From assembly GCA_905178155.1 (NCBI GenBank), contig CAJINV010000018.1, positions 316,479-380,478 on the forward strand: a stretch of DNA of 64,000 nucleotides. The letters are read 5' to 3'. Below are positions 51,701 to 63,700 of this stretch, in pieces. The notes under the pieces are model-generated. The model was not told the DNA's origin and ran no database searches. It saw nothing but the letters and a program-made list of their open reading frames with translations. Position numbers and translations under genes: made by a program. The DNA is from Amoebophrya sp. A120. Lineage: Eukaryota; Protista; Dinoflagellata. Position 1 is the stretch's first letter, and the number at the start of each line of letters is the position of its first letter.

Positions 51701-54700
51701 TCTCCCCCGTCGCGGGGCCCGTTTTGGACTGTTGCTGGAGGAAATTTTATATCAAATGCAAATACGTCGGGGTCTGGAAGTTCGTCGTGCACATTTTGCA
51801 TCACCGGCGATGACTGTGATGCATGCCCTAGCATCACAGATTTTCTGAAGGCTTTCTGATGCCCGTACTGCATGAGAAATGTCCCCTCGGCGTAGCAAAA
51901 AGCGCACCTCTTTTGCTGTTCCTGCAATACAGATTTTTTGAGAATCCAAGTGCAGCATTACAAGTTGCAACCTTCCAGACCCAGACATATTTGCAGTGGA
52001 TATTCTGCTTCCGGCAATTCTTCACGAGCATCGCGATCGCGACAAACTTATCATGTGCAAAAGCATCGCACACGTACTAATTGCAATTATGCATGACAAA
52101 TCTTCTTCCTAAGGTAAAACAGCATTACAAATTGCACTTGTCATGCTGAGCAAACTTGTCATGCAATTTATACTAGTACGATATTACTTTTGCAATGCAT
52201 AAAACTGCACCCGGATCCGGTTCATGTCCTTTGCGTGAACCACGATGCCCATCTGCTTCGCGTTATCCTATGCAAAAGCGTCCCCAGTGCCCCATAGTTG
52301 TCATGCAAATCTGCATGCTCATAATGTTTCTCATGCGGGGCCGCATGGCAGACATTTTCTAGCCGTGTTTTGGAATTTGTAATGCTCCAATCAGAGCAAT
52401 AGGCTAGATCTGTGATGCTGCGCAACAAGCTATACTAGGATTACACTACGAGGCCACAGAACTTGTCATGCGCACCAACCAAAGCTGGCTGATTTGTGTA
52501 GCAGACTTCCCATCTTAATGACGACGTGGTGGGGACGTTTGTGCTCAGGATACGCGTCCTGATCCGCGTTGAGAATCCAGAGCAGGATTTCGATATCGTT
52601 CTCTTTCAAGGCGTATCAAATGCAAAAGTGTCTGGGTCTGGAACAAAGCAACTTGTCATGCTAAATCTGAATCATGGAAAAATCTGTCTTGCATGATTGC
52701 CAAAAGCTGTCCACTTTTGACCTAATCGAGAGGCAGTTTCTCATGCAGGAGAGGCATGAGAGAACTCTCGCAGAATCTGTCATGCTATGTCCAACATGCC
52801 AGACCTCATGGGTCATGGAAAACCTGCATGACAAGTCTAGCATTCTTCCAGACCCAGACATTTTTGCATTTGATAAGGCGGTTAACGGCTGGACCTCAGT
52901 CAATTGCTGCAGAGCGACGTCCGCCGTGTTCGAGACTTCCGGAGTCAATAGACTGCTGTACGCCAGGAAAAGTTTCGCCTCGTCCGCGAGTTCCCGCTGG
53001 CGCGTGTTGGTCGGCTGCAACACGAGCGCTTTCACGGGCGGCTTCAGCTGCTTCTCCAGCGTTTCCGCAATTTCGTTGGGCGAGCCGTCCAGCGATTTCT
53101 GCGCGTTGCCGTTGTCCTGGGAGGAAAGCAGTACCGTTTCCACGTCCGCTTCGATGTATTCAAAGCCGGGGTAGTGCGGGTGGAAAATTTCGTGAAAGCG
53201 GTTATTCCTGAGCATTTGGTTGTAAAAATTCGCAACCACACTCTTGTACTTTTGCTTGTGCTCCCTCGCTTGTTTGTCCGCCTTTTCGAAAAAGCCGCTC
53301 AACGGCTGCTGAATGAGTTTCCCGAAGTAGGCGCCAAAAGTTCCACTGTTCCCCCCGCCGGACTCCCGAGTCTTCACGATCGAGTCCGTCGACTGGTAAA
53401 AAGTCTGGCGCTGAAACTCGACAAAAAGGGCAGAGGGTAACGCGTCAAAGCTACTCTTGACTTTTCGCAGCTGCTGGGCGTTCGCATCGCCCCCCTTGCT
53501 CTCCATCTGTGCCGCAGTTCTGTCGGTATCGGCGAGGGCCTCCAGCCGTTGCATAAGCATATCGGAAAGCGGGTTAAAGTCGTAAAATTCCGTGGACGGG
53601 CGTTTGGCAAACAAAACTTTCCGCTTCGCCTGCCCCGCGGTCTCCAACACAAGACCGTGCTTCTCGATTGTCGGGAGCCCGGATAACTGTTGGTTCACGG
53701 ATAGGTGGTACGCCTTGTTTTCGCTCCACTGCCAGTTCCGCGTTTTCCGATTCAGAATGAATGTCAGCCACTGGAAGAGTTGCCTTGGGGCAGCTGCTCC
53801 TCCTGCTGCGCCATCAGCGTCCTCGTCGGAGACCAAAATGGACTGCCTCACCGGGAGCTGCAAGGCCAGTGTTCGCTTCGTCCACTCGTCTCCTGTGCCA
53901 ATCACGTCTTGGTTGTCCACTTCCCACAGAAGAATATTTTTGTGGTTCACGCCCACTGCGTCGGAGAATTGCTTCAGTTTCATAGTTATGCTGTGCAAAA
54001 GTATCGTACTCGTTCGTATAAATGCAGGTCTTGCATTACAAACAAGGTCAGGGCACGGGGGCGGGGGCCCCCGTGCAGCGACCTTCCCGACATTTGCAGG
54101 ACGTGGCGCACGTAGGTACGTGGACAGCACGCCAGAAATTTCGAAACTTTGAGCTTGCTACCTATACTGAAAGCAAGAGGCCGGCCGCAGAGTCCCCGCG
54201 CTGACCTGCGGCGTTTGCGCCTGGGCCGTACGGCTCCCGGGAATCGCTTCCATCCAGCTGGCCCCTAGGTCATGACGCGGGGACAGAGTCCACACCGCGC
54301 TGACCTAGGGCTTTTGCCCCGGGGCCGTGTTCGGGAAGGGGAAGCGCTTGCAGCTGGCCCCTAGGTCATGGCGCGGGGACAGAGTCCCCGCGCTGACCTA
54401 GGGCTTTTGCCCCTGGGCCGCACGCTCGCTGTCCGGGAAGCGCTCAAAGCTGGCCCCTAGGTCATGGCGCGGGGACAGAGTCCCCGCGCTGACCTAGGGC
54501 TTTTGCCCCTGGGCCGCGCGCTCCCTCGCTGCCTGTCCGGGAAGCGCTTAAAGCTACCCAGCCCCTAGGTCATGGCGCGGGGACAGAGTCCCCGCGCTGA
54601 CCTAGGGCTTTTACCCCTGGGCCATGCGGTGTCCGGGCCGGCAGGGTGGGCCCGTGACCACTAGGTAGCCCCTCCGTCATGTGGTGACGCTCGCTGGGAC

Positions 54701-57700
54701 AGGGTCTCCCCGTTTGCCTAGGGGTTTGGCGCCCGGGCCATGGGGTGTTCCCTCCGGGATGCAGGCGCCCAAAGCTCGCCCCTCGGTCATGGCGCGGGCG
54801 CAGAGTCCTCGCGTTGGCCTTGGGCACTTGCCCGGCCGGCCGCGGGCCGTGCCAGCCTGCGGTGCCCGGGAGGCGCTCTCACATGTTTGGACGTGGCGCC
54901 ACCGCGGGGGCCCATGCCCACATGGGGGCGGGACCGCCTACGGGGGTTCGGGAGATCCGCCTCCTGGAATGTTTGCGCGCCCGTCGCTCTCTGTGCCTGC
55001 GTGTTTGCGCCAAGCGGGCCCACTGTTGTGCTTGGTCTGGAATAAAAGCCGACGCGCCCGGCGTTCTTGGCCTGGGTGGTGGCGTGTATGAATAGAATAA
55101 AAGGAGCCCCCTGTGGCCCTTCGCTTCCGTGTTATTTCTGTGCTATCTCTGCAGAAAAGCGCAGGGCCCATAGATACGCGCCCACCTTTCATTCTCAGTC
55201 GGGCGCGCGCTTGTTTTGTCGGCGCAGAAAAGGCACCCGCGTGGGGCTTGGTAGATCGGCGCGCCCGGAATGTCTACGCACGGGGCAAACCAACAACAAA
55301 CACATCCCAAGGCACGGCGGCGAGTGGGTTCGCGGGGTCCACCCCCCCGAGTGGGCCTGCTTATCTTTGTTGACACTCGCTGGCCATGCCATTCGGAGTC
55401 GCGTCCGAACGCGCCCGGGGTCTGTTCGGGGACGATGTGTCCGGCTTGTATTTCCCCGAGGTGTGTTCGGGAGTGTGCCCCGGGGTTTGCCTGGGGTGTG
55501 TCGGATGTTTGTGTGTGTGTGTGTGTCGGGGGTGTGGGCCGGGGGTGTGTCTGGGGTATGTCGGGGGTGTGTCTGGGGTGTGTCTGGGGTGTGTCTGGGG
55601 TGTGTCCGGGGTGTGTTCGGGGTGTGGGTTGTAAATTGCAAATCACGATGCTACGCACCCACTTTGCATACCCCAGAACACACCCCAAAGCTTCAGCAGT
55701 TCTTGTCGGGGGGGTGTGTCGGGGGTGTGTCGGGGGTGTGTCGGGGGTGTGTCTGGGGTATGTTTTGGGGTGTGGCCTGCAAATTACGAATCCCGGTGCT
55801 ATGCAGCCACTTTGCATACCCCAGAACATACCCCAAAGCTTCAAAAGTTCTGGTTTGCTGCAGTCTAAATAGTAATTTCATTGTCAAGGCAAATCAGCAT
55901 TACAAATTTTCTTTCTCATGCTGAGAAAATTTGTAATGCATCTATACGAGTACGATACTTTTGCAGTTCATAATAGTGTCAAACAACCGCAGTCGCGGGT
56001 TCGACTTCTCCTGCAAACCCACTTTCTGTATCAAATGTAAAAATGTCTGGGTCTGGAAACTTGTCATGCTGTGTGGCATATCATGAGGAGGCCACAATTG
56101 CTGGCTCAGCATGACAAGTTTCTGAGCTCCTAGGTGTTGCCTATTCTGCATGACAAACTACGTTTCTGCATTACAGAAAAGTGGGGCTCTTTGGGTCATG
56201 CCAGACAAGCATGACAAACTTGCATTCTTCCAGACCCAGTCCCAGACATTTTTACATTTGATATTCTGTGCGTCGCAGGGCGCAAACGTGTTGGTCGAAA
56301 AAGTGAACTCGAACTGGCACAGATCCATCTTCTATGAGAGTGCACAACTCCCCCTGCTCCCCCTCATTTGTCTAGCATGCACGGCAATACAAGCATCAGC
56401 AAGAATGCCGGTTTTGCATGACAAATCTCGACTGAAGTGTAGTTCTATTTGCGCTGCCAGAACTTGTCATGCGAATCGTGCAAAGAGGCAAGGGGTGGAT
56501 TCAGTATTTTGCATGACAAATGAGGGGGAGGGGGAGTTGTGCACTGTCATATCTTCGACAACGGACCCACTACGCCTCCCGTCTGCTTCTATCAAATGCA
56601 AAAGTGTCTGGGTCTGGAAGGTTGGAACTTGTGATGCTAACTTTGGACTCTAAAAAAATCTGTACTGCAGGACCAGCAAGACGAGGAGTCTAGTTTGTGC
56701 TACGCGGGGAGGGCGTTTGTCACGCGGAGTAGGCATCAGGAAGCCCTCTAAAAATCTGTGATGCTAGGTCGTGCATTACAGACATCCTGGGTCATGCAAA
56801 ACATGCATGACAAGTCTCAGAATCTTCCAGACCCAGACATTTTTGCATTTCATAGCTTCCCGCTCTGGTCCAAAGTCGCGACCCGGTGCGGCTGCAGCAT
56901 GAGGAGCGCCTTGTCGCCCTGGATTGGCGTCTGAAGGTTCGCGTTCTCCGACCCGGCGGGGTACCCCAGGATCTCGACCCAGAGGTGGTACACTTCGCTG
57001 TCGAGAAAGACACTGCCTAACCCCGCACGGGACTGCGCGAGGAACGCGGGCGGAGAACCGACATCGTCCTCGCTAGTATAATCACTGTGTGCCGAATTCC
57101 TACGCGGGGCGAAGTGAAACACCTTCGACGCGAACTCGTAAGCGTGGCTGGTGGGCTGCATATGCATTGCAAAAGTATCGTACTCGTATAAATGCATTAC
57201 AAATTTCCTCAGCATGAGAAATAAAATTTGTAATGCGAATTTACCTCAAGAAAAAGATTTGTAATGCATGATTGCAATACGAGTACGATAGTTTTGCACA
57301 GGATACTGCAGTAACTCAAACCAGGTTTCCTGCCCGGTCACCTCGTCTTTCTCCAGCCAATAGACGGCGCCCAGCATCCAATCCGGGAGTTTCAAAATCC
57401 GAATCTTGTTGTACTTCGCGAGGAGTGGCTCGTAGCAGTCCAAAATGATTTTGCTGTCATCGCCGTCCCCCGCTACCTTATTCCCTCGGGCATCAAATTT
57501 CGGGAACTTGCACTGCACCTGCTTCAAAGGCATCCGCAAATTCTCCGACTGCACATACTCCTGTCGGAAAATGGAACCGATTATCACATAGAAAAAAGCA
57601 GGCAGGTCATACAATTTGTAATGCAAAAATAAATACACAAAAAAATCTGTATTGCATACCCTAAACAGCATCTTATGGGGCCGCCCATGACAGATTTTCT

Positions 57701-60700
57701 TGTGGATTTATTTTTGCATTTACAAATAAGTATATGCCCTGCTAGTAGCTTTTTTCTCTGGGATATCGATCGCCGGGTGCTCCTGCCAGTTCCGCGGCGG
57801 CAATCCTGTGACGTCTTTTTTCCGAGAGTCTTCCCAGATCGCGCCAGAAACGACGTCGAAGAAGATGTACTTCCCGGCCGTGAACTGCACAGAGAGCAAG
57901 GGTTCCCGCATGCCGAGAGACTTAAACGAATGTTCCCTTGTGATGTCCGCCTTGTTGATTTGCTGCATCGCGTATCAAATGCAAGTATGTCTGGCTCTGG
58001 AACAGTGTAAACTTGTCATGCAGGTTTTCCATGACCCATGAGGTCTGAAATGCGGGACCGAGCATGACAGACTCTGTGAAGTTTTTGTCATGCCTATCCT
58101 GCATGAGAAACTCCATCCCAACTTGGTTGACGTGCGCAGCTTTTGGCACTCACGCAACACAGATTTTTGCATGATCCGGATTTAGCATGACAACTTGCAA
58201 TCTTCCAGACCCAGACATATTTGCAATCCATATCGCGCTCGCCAAATTCTCCAGGTCAAAGACCTTCGCATATCAACGGGAAAAATCCCCCCTCCCTATA
58301 TCGAAACGAAATTTCTGATGCTGGATTTGCGTACACAAATCCGATTTGTCTTGCAGTAGGGCAGCGCCGCCAGATCTTCGGCCCAGGTAGGGGCGTTTGG
58401 GTCTAGTTCTTGCTTAGCATTACAAACTACGGCGGTCCCCTAGGCGCAACAGCATGCCAAAGCGCTTCCATAATGGCGCGGAAGCCTGTGCACTCGTCTT
58501 CTTGCAAGACAGACGTGATTCGTGGTCTCAAATCAGCAACACAAATTTTTGGAAACATACCTCTTCGATATGGGGAGGGGGGATTTTTCCTTACAATATC
58601 GCAATCAAAATCAGACCCCGCAGGATGCCCTTTTTGTTGTCCTTTAATGCCTCCTATCAAATGCAAAAGTGTCTGGGTCTGGAAGGTTGCAAAGTTCTCA
58701 TGCATATTTTCCATGCCCCATGAGGTTTGGAATGCAGGACCCAGCATGTTGACAGGTTCTGCGACGTCTCTATTTATAGCCTATTCTGCATGACAAAGAC
58801 AAACTGCCTCTAAACTTGTTCAAAAGTGGACAGCTTTTGGTAGTAACGCAACACAAATTTTTGTACGATCCAGACTTCTTAGCATGACAAGTTCGCGTCC
58901 TCCCAGACCCAGACATATTTGCAATGCATACCTCCGCATCCAGATTTTCCTGCCTGCGTCGCGGAGATAATTGCGAACGCGGCGTTAGCGATTCGAGATG
59001 GTTTTCCGGGTAGTGTACCTGTTCCGTCATGACGCAGTGGTGCCGACCAGCCATGCTTTGCAGATATTTGGATATTTCTACTTCTTTGCATTCGTCATCA
59101 TTCAAATCGTTCGAGGCCCTCAGCTGGCCATTCACCCAATCGGCGCGGCAGCAAGCGCCGCGCTGCCGCTGGGCCGTTCCGTGGTCATCGCACGCGCCGC
59201 AAAACCCGGCCGCCCAGCCATCGGTGTGCATGCACGGGCCCTGGTTGTGCCCGAATTGCCAGCAGTCCTCGGACTGGGCGAGAGTTGTCTGCGGAGTTCT
59301 TTGCTTCGTCAAGTCCCGGGTCCGCTCCTGAATCGTCCGTCGGAGTTTTTCCTTGCCCTTCAAAACATCCGCGTCAAACTGAAAATCCGTATCGGGCGTC
59401 GGCTCGGTGTCTTCATCTTCCTTCCCCGAGAAGAACAAGTTGATCGTCGCAGACAACAGCATCGCCACCTCCACTCCGTCCTTCGCGACCATGACATCAC
59501 CGTTGCTTCCACCTTCTTTAATTCGCTTCCGAATCAAGTTTTGCTCCCGGTCGGTCTTCAGGGTCTTGTCAACAGAAGTTCCATCATCCGCACGGAAGAT
59601 CATTTCATATCCTGTGCAAAAGTATCGCATTCGTATAATAAATGCGAGTCTTGCATTATAAAGCTTTTTCTGAACGCTGATCCGCATTACAAATTTGATT
59701 TCTCATGCTGAGGAAATTTGTAATGCATTTATACGAATACTTTTGCAGTTCATATTTCAGCCCCCGTTTCGATGATGGTGCTCGTGCTGTACAGCGAAAT
59801 CCCCGTCTCCTATCAAAAGAAAAAAGTTCGTAACGATCACTCATGGGCATTTTTGCAATACAAAATTGTCTGTCATGCGCAAAAATGCATCACAGCCACA
59901 CTTCATAAGGGATTTCCCTAGTGTTTCTGCAATAGTACAAGGAGAAGTTGTGATGCTAAAAAAATTTGTAATGCAGAACCTGCATCAACTTAGTGACTGT
60001 GACAAACTTTCTTCTCTCCATATCTCCGCTAATTTTTGCACCAGAAAGCTGATCCTGGTCAGCCTTTCTTGCGTCTTTGGCGCGGACCCGCAGGTATGGA
60101 TTGCAAATATGTCTGGGTCCTCTGGCTGCAACTTGTAATGCTAAAAGTGAATCATGGTAGACGCACTGCAATACGCATCTATGCATGACAAAAATTTTTT
60201 TGGCTCCCATGTCTTACGTATTTCGCATGGCAAACTGCGTTTTTGCATGACAGGCAAGAAGGCCTTTTCGTGCCTATGCAACACAGATTTTCGAGTCATG
60301 CCAGACAAGCATGACAAACTTGCACTCTTCCAGACCCAGACATTTTTGCACAGGATACCCGGCCTCCCGTCGCAACTGCTGAACCTTCGGAATCCCGACG
60401 ATCAGCCATATAACCCGCTCAGGTGTTACAATCTCAAATCGGTTACCATAGAATATGGCAATCTGTGATGCAAGAGTGCATGATCTAGCCAACTCCCATA
60501 GGATTGCGCATGACAAGCTCCGGAGTGGTCCCAAACCGCACTACAATCCGGCGAAATTTGTATTGCGGAAAGTGGACGACTGCTGGCCGAATCTGTCATG
60601 CTCATCATGCAATACAAAATCCAGATTCTATTGTAACGTTTGAGGTTGTAACGTCTGAGCGGGTCATAAGCCAGTCCACAAGTTTTTGCATGCCCTTCAA

Positions 60701-63700
60701 TTTCAACCACTCCAGCAACTGCAGGAGCTTTTTCCGCGACTCGATGCACGTCTCGCGTCTATCCCGGCAGTAGGTGTCCCATTTGTGTAGAATCTGGTGC
60801 TTTTCCTTCAAGGCGGACCGCTGCGCCGGGGTGTGTTTCGGGTTCGACATGGCTTCTTCCTCGCTTTCCAAGTCCTTGTCACGGTGGAACTATCAACGTG
60901 AAAAAAGCCCCCTCCCCATATTGAAACGGAAATTTCTGTTGCGGGATTGGCGTTTACAAATCCGCGCTGTATTGCAGCAAGCGCTTGCAGGCATTTCCTA
61001 AGCCCGATTTGGTATGCAAAAGGCTAGCACTCAGGTATGACAGACAGCTTTGCAGTAGGCAAAAGAGCATTACAGCTTGGCTGTGGAATGCGCCAGACGG
61101 TTCCCATTTGCTTCATATGCAAGACAGAGCTGATTTGTGGTCGCAAATCAGCATCACAAATTTCCATTGTGAGTATGTTTAGGGGGCGGGATTTTCCCTG
61201 CAATAGGAACTCCGCAATGGTCAAGACCCGGTAGAAGTCGACCATCTTGTGCGTCAACCGGAGTAGCACCCGCAACCGGTGTATGGTGAGCAAAAACGTC
61301 CCCATCCTAGAGTCAAGATGGGAAATCTGCTAGACAAATCACCAGTCTTTGCTGGCTGTTGCGCATGACAAATTTGGGCGAGCAATTTAATCGTGTTCAG
61401 CTAGTGCAACCGCATCACAGATCTAGCATACCATTCTGATTCTAGCATTACAAATCTCGAAACACCAGTGGAAACTGCTTCTCATGGGTCTCCGCATGAG
61501 AAACATTTTGAGCATGCAGATTTGCATTACAACTCTGGGGGCGGACGTTTTTACAAATGATACGGTGCAGCTGAATCTCTACCATTTCCTGCTTCTCGTC
61601 TAACCGCTGCAGTTTTGTGTCGTTCAAAGCGTCCTCCGCCTGGAAAAAGACATCTTGCTCCACGTCCGGACCCCCCGTGGCAGTCGCTCCACTGCCGGCG
61701 CCCTGATCCGACGTGTGCAACTGCCGTTCCAGCTCCAGCCCCTCCCTGGCTATGTATCCAATAGAAAAACATTGTAGGTCTAGGTGTAACTTTTTTGATT
61801 TTGGAGGAACAGCATTACAAATTTGTCTGGCATGACAGCAAAAACCTGTCATGCGCACATAGTACGTGAAAACGGCCTTTAATGGATCCTACGATGCATC
61901 CGTAGCATGACAGACGCAATCATCTTGCATGTTGCGCATCACAAATTTACACTAACAACGTTTTTCTCTTGGACACTATGTCCACGAAGAACACAATGGG
62001 GTTCTGCTTGCTGGACTCCGGAAGTTTTTTCCACAAGTCCTCGTTCTCCCTACTCGGCAGGTCTTGCGTCAAATCGAGCCAGTGTTCCTCGTGTTTGCTG
62101 GGTTCGTGTTGTGCAAACAACTGGTCGAATTGCGTCTTCGCTGCGATTATGCATTGCAAATATGTCTGGGTCTGGAAGATTGCGAGACTTCTCATGCTAG
62201 TTTGACATGACTCAGAACTTTGTATTGCGTGGCCACGAAGACCTCCTCGTGTCTGTCATGCAAAAACGATGTTTCAGTTTCTCATGCGGAATACGCAACA
62301 CAGAGCCACAAGAAAATCTGTCATGCTTGGCGGTGCATTACAGTGCGCTTTCTGTTCACTGACATGCATCACAAGTTTCCAGACCCAGACATATTTGCAC
62401 TTGATAGCGATAATGGAGATGGAATCAGTCTCCTGCAGCAAATATCCTGTGCAAAAGTATCGTACTCGTATAAATGCAAGTCTTGCATTACAAATCTTTT
62501 TCTTAAGGTAAATCAGCATGACTAATTTTATTTCTCATGCTAAGGAAATTTGTAATGCATTTATACGAGTACGATACTTTTGCAATGCATAGCAAATGCT
62601 CCGTCAAAATCGTGACGAAATGCCGGCCGCCATTCAGGTCCATCTGCTGGAGCAGCGCGTAGGGGTCCTGTAACGCGGTCTGGAAGAGCAACCGCAAATG
62701 GAACTTCGAGCTCCACCAGTGCGGGAAGCGATCGAAGGAAGAGAGCAACGTGTCAAACTGCAGCTGGTGCTTCACGCGCATGCTCCACGCCTGGTACTCA
62801 TTCGTCTTCCAACATTATGCACTGCAAAAGCATCGCACTCGTAGTAATCGCAGTCACGCATTACAAATCTAATAATCAAGGGAAATCCGCATTACAAATT
62901 ACATTCCTCATGCTGAGAAAATTAGTCATGCGATTCATACTAGTATGATGCTTCTGCAATGCATAAGCGTTTTTCCTCCGCCATGTGAGGTGCGGATTCC
63001 ATGATGTTCAAAACGGCCGACATCTCCTGACTCAAGGGCAGCCCGACATCGCTGCCGCGCAGATCGTCGCTGCTGTAGCGGGCAATTTCCGGCTGGCGCA
63101 ATCGTTTCAAGACAAAGTCCTTTTGGAGGTGCGTTTTGCCCAGATACCCTTTCACCTGAAACTTGCTGACATCCGCGAGAGATTCCCGCCAGACCCCCCG
63201 CCCGGAGGCCGAGATGGCGGACAGCTGCAAGAATTTCAGCAATTTATCCCTTAATCGGTCTTTCACCGCCACCGTTTTCTCTTCCTCCGTTGCCTTATTT
63301 CCCGAATTATTATCCGCAGTAGTTCTCGTGACATGCAAAAGCAAGTGCTTCTCTCGCAAGAATTGCTTTTGCGTCGCCAAACTGTCACCGAACGGAATGC
63401 TCAGCGGCTCCAACTGCAGGTAAAACGGGCCGTTGCTGGTCGGGAGGAGCGGTTTATTTGCGGTGAAACCGGTGCTGGCGCCGAGTAGTGAGCTGCCTTG
63501 CGTGAGTCCCGCGTACTTCGCCACGAGGCTAGGTCTCTTGTCCGGCGAAAAATCGTTCTGTATGCGCTCTGGCAAACCATCCGCATTCGCTGTAAACGAC
63601 TTCGGGCCCGCGAGCGGGTCATTTGCCTCGTTTTCCTTGCCGACGCGTTGCGGCAGCTCGGCATCGAAATCCTGGCCCAGTTCTACGTGCCGTTTCGTGA

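Larger units (their letters stand above)
54043..55875 (-). mobile_element. Non-autonomous Helitron-like insertion inside a family D introner
   Basis: Inserted at A|T with no TSD; perfect 10-bp GC hairpin (54053-54076) 10 nt from the 3' end ...CCTTG; internal minisatellites; no transposase ORF. Confidence 0.5.
53987..55972. mobile_element. Introner family D hosting 1.8-kb insertion
   Basis: DR atagt/atagt; frame restored. Confidence 0.87.

Noticed and set aside
54257-54625. Palindromic repeats with spacers as a mini-CRISPR
   Set aside because: Repeat is about 68 bp, linkers are homologous to one another, the context is eukaryotic and no cas genes are present.
55067-55924. ORFs of 200-285 aa rich in GVC or HTP
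   Set aside because: Low-complexity translation of the GGGGTGTGTCT minisatellite.
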